64,000 nucleotides of DNA from Deltaproteobacteria bacterium. GTDB taxonomy: Bacteria; Desulfobacterota; Syntrophia; Syntrophales; JAIPED01. Each line of letters opens with the position of its first letter. The first letter of the stretch is position 1. The stretch spans positions 206-64,205 of the forward strand of contig JAIPED010000001.1 in the NCBI GenBank assembly GCA_021737325.1. The letters are read 5' to 3'. This document shows positions 36,863 through 47,425 of this stretch, in pieces. Made by a program: the position numbers and the translations under genes. The notes below the pieces were generated by a model that was not told the DNA's origin, searched no databases, and was given only the letters and a program-made list of their open reading frames with translations.

Positions 36863-38776
36863 TTAACGGACCTTCGCCCCCGCAAGCGGCTCTTTATCAA
36901 AACCGATCAGGCTCAGTTTTCCTTCCTTGCCATCCGTGGCGAGAAGCATCCCGCAAGATTCCTGCCCCATGAGCTTGGTTGGCTTAAGATTGGCGACAAC
37001 GACGACTCGTTTCCCCAAGATCTCTTCGGGGCGGTAATCGTTGGCTATGCCCGCGATTATTTGCCGTTGCTCGCCACCAATATCCACCCGCAGTTTGAGG
37101 AGCTTTTGCGATTTGGGCACCGCCTCGGCCGCAACGATGGAGCCCACTCGCAGATCCAGTTTGGCAAAATCATCGTAGGCAACTTCCGCCAACGGGACTT
37201 CCTTTTTTAATACAACTTCTCCGTTGGGATTACCCGTTGATCCGTTATCCTCATATTTTACCCGCGGAAAGAGCGCCTCTCCTTTTTGCATGGGCAAACC
37301 TGCCGCCAAGGAACCCCAAGCCTTAGCCTGATTAAAATCTTGCGGCGCGGTAATACCAAGCGCGGCGAACATCTTTTGTGCGGTTAACGGCATCACGGGG
37401 CTAATTAGGATGGCAATTATTCTGAGCGCTTCCAGCAGGTTATACATAATCTCTCGCAAGCGAAGAGTGCCCTCCGCCGATTTGGCGAGCGTCCATGGCT
37501 CATTTTCCACAATGTACTTATTGGCCCTGTTGATTAACCCCCAGGTACCCATGAGCGCTTTATGAAAAGCTAAGTTAGCAAAACCTTCCTCATATTCCAC
37601 CATCGCCCTGCGGGCGGCAAGCTTTAAGGTATCATCACCCGTTGCCTCCGATGGAGGAGCGGGGGTTTTGCCCCCACAGTAGTTTGTCGCCATCGTTAAA
37701 ACGCGACTGGTGAGGTTGCCGAGATCGTTTGCCAAATCGGTGTTGATTCGTTGCACCAGCGCCTCTTCAGAGAAGTTTGCATCCAAACCAAAGACCATAT
37801 CGCGCAGCAGAAAATAGCGAAAGGCATCCAAGCCATATTTATTTTTGAGGTCGAGTGGCTTCACAACATTGCCTAGACTTTTAGACATCTTTGTTCGCTC
37901 AATGTTCCAGTATCCATGTACATTGAGGCTCGCATAGGGAACAATTCCCGCGGCTTTTAGCATCGTAGGCCAGTATATGCCGTGGGGCTTCAGAATATCC
38001 TTGGCAATCAAATGCTGTGCAGACTGCCAAAATTGGGAGAATTTTCTCCCTTGCGGATAGCCCAGCGCGGTGATGTAATTGATCAGCGCATCAAACCAAA
38101 CATAGGTAACATAAGCGTCATCAAAGGGCAGGGTTATCCCCCAGGTCAGCCTTGTTTTTGGCCGGGAAATGCACAGATCCTCCAAGGGTTCTTTCAGAAA
38201 CGCCAGCACCTCGTTGCGGTATCTTTCAGGACGGATGAAGTTATCGTTCTTTTTAATGTGTTCAATGAGCCAGTCTTGATATTTGCTCATGCGGAAAAAA
38301 TAGTTGTTTTCCTTGCGGTACTCCGGCTCGGTTTGATGGTCAGGACATTTGCCGTCAACAAGCTCCTTTTCGGTGTAAAAGCGCTCGCAACCAACACAAT
38401 AAAATCCACCATACTCGCCAAAGTAGATATCGCCCGCATCGTAAACCTTTTGCAGGATGGTCCTGACCGTTTCCACATGCTGGGCATCGGTGGTGCGAAT
38501 GAAGTGGTCATTGGTGATCAGCAGCTCTGGCCACAGGGCGCGAAATTGCTCGCTAATTCTATCGGCATATTCCTGAGGGCTAACCCCGTTACTCGCAGCG
38601 GCGGCGGCTATTTTATCCCCGTGCTCATCGGTGCCGGTGAGAAAAAAGGCATCGTCGCCGCGCAGACGATGATAACGAGCCAGGACATCGGCCACTATCG
38701 TCGTATAGGCATGACCAATATGAGGACTAGCGTTGACATAATAAATCGGCGTTGTTACAAAATATGCTCCGCTCAT
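36863..38776 (-). CDS. metG: methionine--tRNA ligase with C-terminal tRNA-binding domain
   Basis: PHIGHAYTT (HIGH), KMSKSLGN (KMSKS), and C-terminal Trbp111-like DLRVGSIVAAE. Confidence 0.93.
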   Translation of the reverse strand: MSGAYFVTTPIYYVNASPHIGHAYTTIVADVLARYHRLRGDDAFFLTGTDEHGDKIAAAAASNGVSPQEYADRISEQFRALWPELLITNDHFIRTTDAQHVETVRTILQKVYDAGDIYFGEYGGFYCVGCERFYTEKELVDGKCPDHQTEPEYRKENNYFFRMSKYQDWLIEHIKKNDNFIRPERYRNEVLAFLKEPLEDLCISRPKTRLTWGITLPFDDAYVTYVWFDALINYITALGYPQGRKFSQFWQSAQHLIAKDILKPHGIYWPTMLKAAGIVPYASLNVHGYWNIERTKMSKSLGNVVKPLDLKNKYGLDAFRYFLLRDMVFGLDANFSEEALVQRINTDLANDLGNLTSRVLTMATNYCGGKTPAPPSEATGDDTLKLAARRAMVEYEEGFANLAFHKALMGTWGLINRANKYIVENEPWTLAKSAEGTLRLREIMYNLLEALRIIAILISPVMPLTAQKMFAALGITAPQDFNQAKAWGSLAAGLPMQKGEALFPRVKYEDNGSTGNPNGEVVLKKEVPLAEVAYDDFAKLDLRVGSIVAAEAVPKSQKLLKLRVDIGGEQRQIIAGIANDYRPEEILGKRVVVVANLKPTKLMGQESCGMLLATDGKEGKLSLIGFDKEPLAGAKVR

Positions 38777-39651
38777 CTCTTTGTCTCCTCGCTATGGATT
38801 TCTTCCAAAGGAACAACCGTCGCGACTTCATCAATCTCCACGACAATGCTGTTGGTAACCACGCTATGCGAGAGCACCTTGCCATCCCCCTGTTTAGTAC
38901 GTACAAACTGCCCCACCTTGGGAAAGGAGGCTTTTATCGCCACATAGGTTTCGTATTCGTAGGCAAGACAACACATCAACCGTCCACAGATGCCTGATAT
39001 TTTTTCGGGGTTGATCGCGACACCCTGTTCCTTTGCCATCTTGATGGAAACCCTGTCAAAACTAGAAGCAATGCTCGTGCAACACACCTCCCTGCCGCAA
39101 CTGCCAATTCCTCCCACAATCCGTGATTCGTTACGGGAACTGATTTGTCGCAACTCCACACGCATGCGCAACTTTTGCACGAGGTCCTTGACCAAATCGC
39201 GAAAATCAACACGACTGTCTGCAATAAAATAGAATGTCGTTTTGCGCCGATCCAAGGATGTTTCCGCCATCACAAGTTTCATCGGTAAATCTCTGGCGGC
39301 AATCCTCTCCTTACAAAACAAAACACTCTCTTCGGCAAACTCACTATTCTTAACAAAATTTTCTTTGTCCTTCGGGGTGGCAACGCGCAGTATTCTTAGC
39401 GGTTTTTCTGTCTTGCCCCCCTCGTTGGTACATTTTGGGCAACAACCGCCAACCTCGCGGTAGAATTTTAGCAATTCCGCAAACATCTCTCCGTTAGCAG
39501 TTTCAATAACAACTTCGCGGGCATCCTCAAGATGAACAGCCTCAACGGCGGCAAAATCTATCAGCCGCTCGCAGGAATAGCGCACCGCCACCAACCTATT
39601 ATCCGCCTCCTGCCCGATACTCTCGGCGGCTTGTTTGATTTCTTCCATCAT
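38773..39651 (-). CDS. PSP1-domain protein (YaaT/RicT-like)
   Basis: PSP1 C-terminal domain with Cys-rich ...GSCGREVCCTS... and CGRLMCCLAYE. 4-nt overlaps on both sides. Confidence 0.85.
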   Translation of the reverse strand: MMEEIKQAAESIGQEADNRLVAVRYSCERLIDFAAVEAVHLEDAREVVIETANGEMFAELLKFYREVGGCCPKCTNEGGKTEKPLRILRVATPKDKENFVKNSEFAEESVLFCKERIAARDLPMKLVMAETSLDRRKTTFYFIADSRVDFRDLVKDLVQKLRMRVELRQISSRNESRIVGGIGSCGREVCCTSIASSFDRVSIKMAKEQGVAINPEKISGICGRLMCCLAYEYETYVAIKASFPKVGQFVRTKQGDGKVLSHSVVTNSIVVEIDEVATVVPLEEIHSEETKR

Positions 39652-40625
39652 CCCCTCATCTTGCCGATTATTTTCAATCCTAGCGCCTCCAGTAGCAACT
39701 GTTTGTTGGCATTAGCCGTAAGCCCGCGCATAGCGCTATGGATGATACGGCTAACCTCGGTGCAATGTCTTAACGAAAACCGTTGCGCCATTTCTCTAAT
39801 AACATGCTCGACATCTCTGTTAATAACCCCTGCCGTATCCTGCCTGACAAGGAATAGCGCAACATCCCGAAAGGCGCTTCTAACAATATCCAGACTTTTA
39901 GCTACTTCTTCCTTATCGGAACCCATCGCTTTTACAAAGGAAAAAATTCCCATTTCTTTTTGCAAAATCAACCGCTGCAATGCGCCGAACAAATTGCTGC
40001 GATGCGCTAAAAAATCTTCTTGGAACATCGCCAAGGCCGTAGCGGCACTACCACCTGCAAGCGTCGCCACAGTCCGCGCCTGTAGGGGATCGCAACTGGT
40101 AAGCTCGCCCAACAATTTGGTCAAATCATCGTCGCTTAGAGGGCTAAAAGGTATCTTCTGGCAGCGCGAAAGCACGGTCGGTAGCAACGAGCGGTAACGG
40201 GCGGTAATGAGAAAAAACACGCAGGATTCCGGCGGCTCTTCGAGAGTTTTTAAAAAAGCATTTGCCGCATCGCGGGTCATCTTCTCGACATCGTCAATGA
40301 TGAAAATTTTCCTCGTCGCCTCAAAAGGGCGCAGGATGGATTTTTCTTGCAAGAGGCGAATTTCATCAATCTTGATAGAGGCCGTTGGCGGAATAAAAAC
40401 GAAGATGTCGGGGTGGTTGCCATTGAGCGCTTTGCGGCAGGAAGTGCACTCCCCACAAGCAACGGGGGCGCTCACCGGGCAGAGTAACGAGCGGGCAAAT
40501 TCCATCGCCACTAGCTTCTTGCCAATCCCCTCCATCCCGTAAAATAGGTAAGTGTTTGCCAAGCGATTAGCCCTTGCCGAATCGCGCAACATTGTTAACT
40601 GTTGTTCATGCCCGTAGATCCTCAT
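39648..40625 (-). CDS. holB: DNA polymerase III subunit delta'
   Basis: NTYLFYGMEGIGK, CGECTSCRKALNGNHPD, and FIIDDVEKM clamp-loader motifs. Confidence 0.88.
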   Translation of the reverse strand: MRIYGHEQQLTMLRDSARANRLANTYLFYGMEGIGKKLVAMEFARSLLCPVSAPVACGECTSCRKALNGNHPDIFVFIPPTASIKIDEIRLLQEKSILRPFEATRKIFIIDDVEKMTRDAANAFLKTLEEPPESCVFFLITARYRSLLPTVLSRCQKIPFSPLSDDDLTKLLGELTSCDPLQARTVATLAGGSAATALAMFQEDFLAHRSNLFGALQRLILQKEMGIFSFVKAMGSDKEEVAKSLDIVRSAFRDVALFLVRQDTAGVINRDVEHVIREMAQRFSLRHCTEVSRIIHSAMRGLTANANKQLLLEALGLKIIGKMRG

Positions 40626-41317
40626 CGCTCTAATATTCTCATCATTACCGTCTTTATTCTCGCGGCGATTTCCCCCGTGCTGAGCAAGCCATCAATTACG
40701 ATTACTCGCTGGGGATCTTCCGCGGCAATGCGTAAAAAACCTTCTCGCACCCGCTGGTGAAAACTCAACTCCTCGGCTTCAAAACCATCAAAGTTGGGGG
40801 TAGTTGCCACGGGGGAAACACTTGCCGCCGTTACGCCTCCCTGCTCTGCAAAACAGGCGCCATGCTTCCTTTTGCCAACGCGCTCTAGCCCCACAGCAGC
40901 AGGAATATCTAAAAGAAAGGTAGCATCGGGAAGTATCTCGCCCGCGGTAATGGCACATAGCGATTTTATCATGGCTACATCAATGCCGCGAGCATACCCC
41001 TGATAAGCGAGTGTCGAATCGGTGAAGCGATCGCAAAGCACGCATCGCCCATGGGAAAGGGCGGGTATAATAACCTGCGCAAGATGTTGCGCCCTATCGG
41101 CACAGAAGAGAAATAACTCCGCCATCTGGTTAGGTCTGATGTTGGCATCGTTGAGTAATTGCCGCCGCAACAAGACGCCCAGAGGAGTGCCCCCCGGTTC
41201 CATCGTGGTGAGATGCGCCACACCCCGCTCCTGCAAACAAGCCGCAAGCAGGCCTATTTGGGTGGATTTCCCCGCGCCTTCAACCCCTTCAAATGTAACG
41301 AATAAACCTCTTGGCAT
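40622..41317 (-). CDS. tmk: dTMP kinase
   Basis: FVTFEGVEGAGKSTQ P-loop and DRFTDSTLAYQG. Contains an extra ~25-aa segment in the LID-distal region. Confidence 0.9.
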   Translation of the reverse strand: MPRGLFVTFEGVEGAGKSTQIGLLAACLQERGVAHLTTMEPGGTPLGVLLRRQLLNDANIRPNQMAELFLFCADRAQHLAQVIIPALSHGRCVLCDRFTDSTLAYQGYARGIDVAMIKSLCAITAGEILPDATFLLDIPAAVGLERVGKRKHGACFAEQGGVTAASVSPVATTPNFDGFEAEELSFHQRVREGFLRIAAEDPQRVIVIDGLLSTGEIAARIKTVMMRILER

Positions 41318-41546
41318 CCCGCCTCTGCCCCTTGTCGCTACTGCTGATGTTGTAAAATAAAATCCCAGCTCTACAGTGTTCGCCGGGTAATTGTCCGCAT
41401 CTGTTCTCCCTTGGGCGGGTGCGCATACCTTTTCACCCCCTTCTCGTCAAACAGCAAGAGAATACAGCGGGTTTAGAGGAAGGAAGAAAGGATAAAAATA
41501 ATGTGCGCTCTGCGACATTCAGCTTCTCAACTCCCCGAGAAACACC

Positions 41547-41574
41547 CCCTTCTCTGCGTAAGCGCAGAGAAGGG
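41547..41574. repeat. perfect 12-bp stem hairpin (REP-like)
   Basis: cccttctctgcg-taag-cgcagagaaggg. Confidence 0.8.
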
Positions 41575-41722
41575 CTTAACTGGGTTTTGGGGAAGTTGCA
41601 TGAAGGGAACCAAACAACATCGTCAGAAACTGGCAGTAGTAGCATCTCGCATTGTCATCCTTCTTTTTCTTGCGCAAAGGAGCATTAGCTACTACGGCAT
41701 TACCCCTCAAGGAGGTGTTATT

Positions 41723-42196
41723 ATGGCGGATAAAACAAAACTTGGTTACACCTTTCCCCCTTACACATTTGTGGCGGAGCGCGGAAAGATGAAGGAATTT
41801 GCGATGGCAATTTCGCAAAAGGAAAATGAGGGAGGCGTTGATCCTCTCTATGTGGACAAGGAAGCGGCTATTAAAGCGGGCTATACCGATATCATCGCCA
41901 CCCCCACATTTACCACTTGCTGTGCCATGTGGGGCGGTGGCGGCTTGATGAAGATCGTCGCCGATTTGGGCATTGATATTTTCCGCCTGCTACACGGCGA
42001 GGAATCCTACGAGTATTTCGCCCCCATCCATCCTGGAGATGTTTTAACCTCTTCCATGAAGGTCGTGGATATCTACCAAAAAGAAAAGAAGGATAAGCCT
42101 GGCAGGTTTATGGATTTTACCCTGTTGGAAACCACCATTAAAAATCAAGCGGGAACATTGGTCATGTTAGGTAAAACAACGGTTGTGGAAAGGTAA
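41723..42196 (+). CDS. MaoC-N/FAS1-like dehydratase domain protein
   Basis: Start ATG 41723 has an AAGGAGG RBS. Hotdog-fold partner encoded immediately upstream of a MaoC hydratase gene. Confidence 0.7.
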   Translation: MADKTKLGYTFPPYTFVAERGKMKEFAMAISQKENEGGVDPLYVDKEAAIKAGYTDIIATPTFTTCCAMWGGGGLMKIVADLGIDIFRLLHGEESYEYFAPIHPGDVLTSSMKVVDIYQKEKKDKPGRFMDFTLLETTIKNQAGTLVMLGKTTVVER

Positions 42197-42201
42197 AAAC
42201 G

Positions 42202-42660
42202 ATGGAAAAGACGCTCTTTTTTGAAGATATGGTCGCTGGTGCTACAGCGTTTGAGTTTATTGCAGATCCAATAACCAGAACCGCGCTGGTTCGCTACGCG
42301 GGGGCTTCAGGCGATTTTAACCCCCTCCACCATGATGAAACTTTTGTCTCGTTGTTTGGAATGCCCCGAGTAATCGCGCAGGGAATGCTGGTTATGGGGA
42401 TTACCTCACGAGCAATCACCGATTTTATCGGCCAAAAAAACCTCCGCTCCTTTGGCGTGCGCTTTTCGGGGATGACGGAGCCAGTCGATCTCAACAAATT
42501 TGAAGAGACGAAGGCAAGAGCAACGCTTAAAATCGTGGCACGGGTAGCGCAAAAAGACACGGATAGCAGAATCGTAACCTTTGATATTGAAACAAAGGAC
42601 CTCAACGATTCGGTTAAGCTCACTGGCACCTTTTCCGCGGTTTTACCGCTTAAATCTTAA
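42202..42660 (+). CDS. MaoC-family (R)-specific enoyl-CoA hydratase/dehydratase
   Basis: Hydratase-2 motif YAGASGDFNPLHHDE. Confidence 0.82.
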   Translation: MEKTLFFEDMVAGATAFEFIADPITRTALVRYAGASGDFNPLHHDETFVSLFGMPRVIAQGMLVMGITSRAITDFIGQKNLRSFGVRFSGMTEPVDLNKFEETKARATLKIVARVAQKDTDSRIVTFDIETKDLNDSVKLTGTFSAVLPLKS

Positions 42661-42794
42661 CGAATGTAATAAAAATCGCAACCATTTCGCTACTATAGGG
42701 TTGCTTGACATTAGCGGATTGTTTCTGTTAGCGCCACCGCCATCGCTTGGATCCCTTGGGACTGAGACGGCCCTGAATGATTGTTACTTTAACG

Positions 42795-42834
42795 AGCCTC
42801 TCGCCCAAAACAGGGCGAGGGGCTTTTTGTTTTG
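42795..42834 (+). terminator. strong intrinsic terminator
   Basis: 12-bp stem agcctctcgccc / gggcgaggggct (one G.U pair), loop aaaaca, followed by ttttgttttg. Lies 25 nt upstream of the panC start. Confidence 0.75.
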
Positions 42835-42859
42835 TCGCTAACGATAAAGGAAGCTGAAA

Positions 42860-43720
42860 ATGAAGATTATCAGAACCACCGCGGAAATGCAGGCTTTCTC
42901 CAACGCACAGCGCGAGGCGCAAAAACACATCGCCTTTGTCCCGACGATGGGCTATTTCCACGATGGGCATCTGGAGTTAATGCGAGCAGGAAAGAGATGC
43001 GCCGATATCCTGGTAATCAGCATCTTCGTCAATCCTACCCAGTTTTCCCCTAACGAGGACCTGCAAGCCTATCCCCGCGATTTTGACCGTGATTGTACTC
43101 TGGCGCAAGAGGTGGGTGTTGATGTCGTTTTTGCTCCCGAAAATGACGCCATGTATCCCAACGGTTTCCAAACATTTGTGGCGGTGGAAAAGCTAACGCA
43201 AAACCTCTGCGGCAGATACCGCCCCCAACATTTCCGTGGAGTAACAACCGTATGCGCTAAGCTCTTCAATATCATTAAGCCCCACACAGTTATTTTTGGC
43301 AAAAAAGACTACCAACAATTAGCCGCCATCAGCCGAATGTTGACAGATTTAAACATGGATATTGAGCTTGTTGGTATGCCCATTGTACGGGAAGCTAACG
43401 GACTGGCCATGAGCTCACGCAACACCTACCTCAATGCCACCGAACGAAAATCCGCCTTGGCGCTCTCGCATTCGCTAAGAGAAGCGCGATCGTTTTTTTT
43501 GCGCGGGGAAAACAACGCGCAAGAGTGCATCATGCTTGTTCGTAGCATTATTGATGGATATTCGCATACCGCAATTGACTATATTCAGATCTGTGAAACG
43601 AAAAATTTTACCGATATTGCTACAATTACCCAGGGATCGTTACTGGCGCTTGCCGTCAAGGTGGGTAAAACGAGGTTGATCGACAATTATGTTTTTGGTG
43701 AAGAACTTAATCTCCCATAA
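42860..43720 (+). CDS. panC: pantoate--beta-alanine ligase
   Basis: [33 protein letters not shown]. Confidence 0.93.
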   Translation: MKIIRTTAEMQAFSNAQREAQKHIAFVPTMGYFHDGHLELMRAGKRCADILVISIFVNPTQFSPNEDLQAYPRDFDRDCTLAQEVGVDVVFAPENDAMYPNGFQTFVAVEKLTQNLCGRYRPQHFRGVTTVCAKLFNIIKPHTVIFGKKDYQQLAAISRMLTDLNMDIELVGMPIVREANGLAMSSRNTYLNATERKSALALSHSLREARSFFLRGENNAQECIMLVRSIIDGYSHTAIDYIQICETKNFTDIATITQGSLLALAVKVGKTRLIDNYVFGEELNLP

Positions 43721-43731
43721 CGAGGTGTGCA

Positions 43732-44085
43732 ATGAACCGAACCATGCTAAAATCAAAACTCCACCGTGCAACCGTAACCGATGCTAACCTAGATTACGAA
43801 GGGAGCATCACCATACCAGAAGACTTAATGAAACTGGCGGACATTGTCCCTTATGAACAAGTGGCGATATACAATGTTACCAATGGTGAGCGCTTCACCA
43901 CCTACGCGATTACCGGGGCAAGACAATCAGGAGTAATATGCATTAACGGTGCCGCCGCGCATAAAGCGCGGCGAGGCGATATAATAATAATCGCCTCCTA
44001 TGTGATGGCAACCGAAGAAGAGGTTGTCAGTTGGTCTCCTAAATGTGTCTTGCTGGACAAGAATAATGCCGTCAAGCACTCCTAG
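43732..44085 (+). CDS. panD: aspartate 1-decarboxylase
   Basis: [24 protein letters not shown] (self-processing G-S site). Confidence 0.93.
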   Translation: MNRTMLKSKLHRATVTDANLDYEGSITIPEDLMKLADIVPYEQVAIYNVTNGERFTTYAITGARQSGVICINGAAAHKARRGDIIIIASYVMATEEEVVSWSPKCVLLDKNNAVKHS

Positions 44086-44743
44086 AGCGGAAGAACAGCT
44101 TAATCTCTTCTCGCGGACGGCGGAAGAGCTGTCTCTTTTTTTAGAAAAAATTTCGGGAAAGCCCCTTATCCTGAGTATCACGGAAAATACACATTCGCTT
44201 ATCTCCGTAAAATGGCAGGGGAAAAAAACACGGGTAAGGATAAGTAGTGTTTTTTTACAAGCAGGTTACCCCGTTTTAGCCGAAATCGGCAAACTTATCG
44301 CGCACGGCTCCACTATCCCCACGCCGTTGGTAAGGCGCTTTATCCGCGAAAATATCACCCCAAAAATAACCGATAAAGTCCTTCCGTGCACCACAAAAGG
44401 GAAGTTCTTTGACCTGCAAGAATTATTTAACGCTTTCAACGAGAGCTACTTCGCCAACCGGATAACAGCGTCTATTTCCTGGGGCAGGCAACAAAAGCGC
44501 CAGGGAAGAACCCTCGGCTCCTATGACCATACCCGCCAAAGAATCATAATAAGCCGCCATCTGGATAAAAGCAGTGTACCACGCTACGCGGTCGAATATG
44601 TCATTTTCCATGAAATGCTCCATGCGGATATCGGTATCGCGGTAAAAAATGGGCGGCGCGTTCTCCATTCGCCCGATTTTCGGGAAAGAGAAAAAGGCTA
44701 CAAAAAATACGCCGAAGCGCGAAAATATTTTGGTGATAAATGA
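44066..44743 (+). CDS. SprT-like zinc metalloprotease-domain protein
   Basis: [17 protein letters not shown]..., HExxH ([11 protein letters not shown]) and downstream HSPDF. Start ATG 44066 overlaps the panD end. Confidence 0.65.
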   Translation: MPSSTPRAEEQLNLFSRTAEELSLFLEKISGKPLILSITENTHSLISVKWQGKKTRVRISSVFLQAGYPVLAEIGKLIAHGSTIPTPLVRRFIRENITPKITDKVLPCTTKGKFFDLQELFNAFNESYFANRITASISWGRQQKRQGRTLGSYDHTRQRIIISRHLDKSSVPRYAVEYVIFHEMLHADIGIAVKNGRRVLHSPDFREREKGYKKYAEARKYFGDK

Positions 44744-45420
44744 AGGATGCGGTTGTTTTGTTAAGCGGCGGCATTGATTCCGCAACAGTTGCGGCAATGG
44801 CGAAGGAGCAAGGATTTATCCTGCATTGTTTAACCTTCGATTATGGACAGCGGCATCGGGCAGAGATTGCCGCCGCCAGGATCCTCGCGCAAGAGCTAAA
44901 GGCGCAAAGCCATCTCATCACCAATATTGATCTGCGCGTGGTGGGCGGCTCCGCACTTACAAGCGCAATGGATGTCCCCAAGGATCGCCCACAAAGTTGC
45001 CACCAGATACCTATTACCTATGTTCCCGCCCGTAACACCATCTTCCTCGCTTACGCCCTCGGATACGCCGAGGTGTTGAATACCGGCCATATTTTTATCG
45101 GGGTAAACTCTGTGGACTACAGCGGCTACCCTGATTGCCGCCCCGAATATATCGCCGCGTTTACCGCAATGGCTAACCTCGCCTGTAAATTATCCGTAGA
45201 AGGAAAGTTAACCTACCAAATCCATACCCCGCTTATGGCACTGAGCAAGGAGAGAATTATTCAAGAAGGCACTCGGCTGGGCGTTGATTATGCAAAAACG
45301 GTTAGTTGCTACGATGCCTCCGAGGCGGGACTCGCTTGTGGTCATTGCGATTCATGCTTGATTAGAAAAAGCGGCTTTGCGTTGGCGGGCATCCCCGATC
45401 CCACACGCTATCGCGCATAA
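44740..45420 (+). CDS. queC: 7-cyano-7-deazaguanine synthase
   Basis: [13 protein letters not shown] and the C-terminal Zn motif [10 protein letters not shown]. Confidence 0.92.
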   Translation: MKDAVVLLSGGIDSATVAAMAKEQGFILHCLTFDYGQRHRAEIAAARILAQELKAQSHLITNIDLRVVGGSALTSAMDVPKDRPQSCHQIPITYVPARNTIFLAYALGYAEVLNTGHIFIGVNSVDYSGYPDCRPEYIAAFTAMANLACKLSVEGKLTYQIHTPLMALSKERIIQEGTRLGVDYAKTVSCYDASEAGLACGHCDSCLIRKSGFALAGIPDPTRYRA

Positions 45421-45467
45421 CGAAATTAACGGTTATTTGTAGCGGTGCTATAAATACCTTTAGCCGT

Positions 45468-47204
45468 TTACTTCATGATGACGATGGCGCTACCGACATC
45501 AACACTATCGCCTTCTTCAAAAAGGATATCAACCACCACTCCTGCCTGCGGGGCACAAATGTAGGTGTGCATTTTCATCGCCTCTAACTCTACCAAATGA
45601 TCGCCTGCTTCCACCGTGTCCCCTAGATCCACCAGAATACGGGCCACCTTTCCCTTTATCGTGGATTTTACCGAGTTTTGCTCGGCTACAGCCAGGCCAG
45701 AAGGCGGCACGGAGAGAGGATGTTGCCTAGCCGTTTTTCCGCAAGCCACCGTTTTCCCCAGGGGACAGATTTCCTCCGCACAGTTGGTGCAATCGGTCTT
45801 ATAAACGCTGTTATCTACGATATAGTACTCATGGGGGGAATAATCAAAAACTGCGGGATGGGTCTCTAAATAATCCGTACCGTAGTTCCGCTTTTTAAAG
45901 TCCTCCTCATCACAGATTGTCAGATAGAGCGGTATGGTAGTTTTAGGCCAGGCAATAATAGTTTCGCTGAGACTGCGCTTTAGCCTCTGTACCGTTTGCT
46001 CCCACTGATATCCCTTAACGATGAGCTTTGCCAAGAGAGAGTCATAACAAGAAGGAACGCGGTAGCCCTTGTAAATAGCGCTATCCACGCGAATGGCGGG
46101 ACCTCCCGGCAGGGTGTATAGCTCAATAAATTTACCTCCATCGGGGTTAAAGTTATCTTGGGGATCCTCAGCGTTGATACGGACTTCAATGGCAATGCCA
46201 TCAAAAACTACCTCTTCCACCGATAAGGATTTACCAGCGGCGGCAAGTATTTGCTGTTCGACGATATCAACACCAACGATCATCTCCGTTACGGTATGCT
46301 CTACTTGTAGCCTACCATTGACCTCCATAAACCAGATTTCCTGGGTGGCAATATCAAACAAAAATTCCACGGTACCCGCCCCCAGATAACCCTGTGCACT
46401 AGCGAGCTTAACGGAAAGGTTTTGAATGCTCGTAGCAATAGCCTCGGGCAAACTGGCAGGAGCAACTTCAATTAGTTTTTGATGCCGTCGTTGGATGGAA
46501 CAATCACGGGTGCCCAGGTGCATCGTCCTTCCTTGGCTATCGGCAAGGATTTGCACTTCAATATGGCGGGGTCTGGCGATGTATTTCTCCACATACACCA
46601 GCGGATTATTAGTGGAGAGTTTCGCCTCTGCGCTGGCAGAGCGGAGATGTTCTTGCAAGCGAGTACCGCTCTCCACCCGACGAATACCCCGCCCACCACC
46701 ACCAAAGAGCGACTTGATGATAACGGGATAGCCGTACTGCTGTACAAAAGCTTCCGCCACCGCAAAACCGCGTTCGTCGGCAAGGATCGCTTCCGAGCAG
46801 GGAAGGATGGGAGCGCCGCTATCCAGGGCAGCTTTTTTGGCGAGGAGTTTATCGCCAAAAAGACGCAGCGTCTCTGGCTTAGGGCCGATGAAAATAATCC
46901 CGTTAGCGGCACATGCGGCAGCGAAATCTGCATTTTCGGAAAGGAAACCACAACCAGGGTGAATGGCATCAATCTTATATTGTTTTGCCAAGGTGATTAT
47001 TTTTTCCCCGTTGAGATAATCGCTGTTGGGACCATCGCCTATGTGAACCGCTTCATCGGCAAATCGCAGATGGTATGAATCAGCGTCGGGGGTTTCATAG
47101 ATAGCTACCGCACCAATATCCATGTTTTTCAGCGTGCGAATAATACGGATGGCTATCTCGCCACGATTGGCCACAAGCACCCTTTTAATCGCCACATTAC
47201 TCAA
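45468..47204 (-). CDS. biotin carboxylase fused to a C-terminal biotinyl (BCCP) domain
   Basis: KRVLVANRGEIAIRIIRT, ATP-grasp core, and C-terminal EAMKM biotinylation motif. The linker contains CTNCAEEICPLGKTVAC. Confidence 0.88.
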   Translation of the reverse strand: MSNVAIKRVLVANRGEIAIRIIRTLKNMDIGAVAIYETPDADSYHLRFADEAVHIGDGPNSDYLNGEKIITLAKQYKIDAIHPGCGFLSENADFAAACAANGIIFIGPKPETLRLFGDKLLAKKAALDSGAPILPCSEAILADERGFAVAEAFVQQYGYPVIIKSLFGGGGRGIRRVESGTRLQEHLRSASAEAKLSTNNPLVYVEKYIARPRHIEVQILADSQGRTMHLGTRDCSIQRRHQKLIEVAPASLPEAIATSIQNLSVKLASAQGYLGAGTVEFLFDIATQEIWFMEVNGRLQVEHTVTEMIVGVDIVEQQILAAAGKSLSVEEVVFDGIAIEVRINAEDPQDNFNPDGGKFIELYTLPGGPAIRVDSAIYKGYRVPSCYDSLLAKLIVKGYQWEQTVQRLKRSLSETIIAWPKTTIPLYLTICDEEDFKKRNYGTDYLETHPAVFDYSPHEYYIVDNSVYKTDCTNCAEEICPLGKTVACGKTARQHPLSVPPSGLAVAEQNSVKSTIKGKVARILVDLGDTVEAGDHLVELEAMKMHTYICAPQAGVVVDILFEEGDSVDVGSAIVIMK

Positions 47205-47425
47205 GATAGTCGTTCTCCTTTTTGTCCTTGGGACATCAGCTTTTGCAGAATATCCGCCCTCGGGGAGCTAACAGTTTGCCGCATAAAAAGCAAAGGTTGC
47301 CTATACCGATTATCGGCTACCTGATACCCCTACGAAAAATATCTCGTTATAAAGCAAAGGAATTTATGATAGCGGTTTCGTTCCTTTCAGGAGCGGCGTT
47401 TATTGTTTTTACAAAGGAGGGGCGT

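Noticed and set aside
37982-38947. 321-aa plus-strand ORF
   Set aside because: It is entirely antisense to metG and PSP1, which have unambiguous motifs, so it is a shadow ORF with no motifs of its own. The same applies to 29703..30494 (antisense to the GRE), 20518..21063, 7122..7607, 46479..47078, 34107..34685 and 39532..40197.
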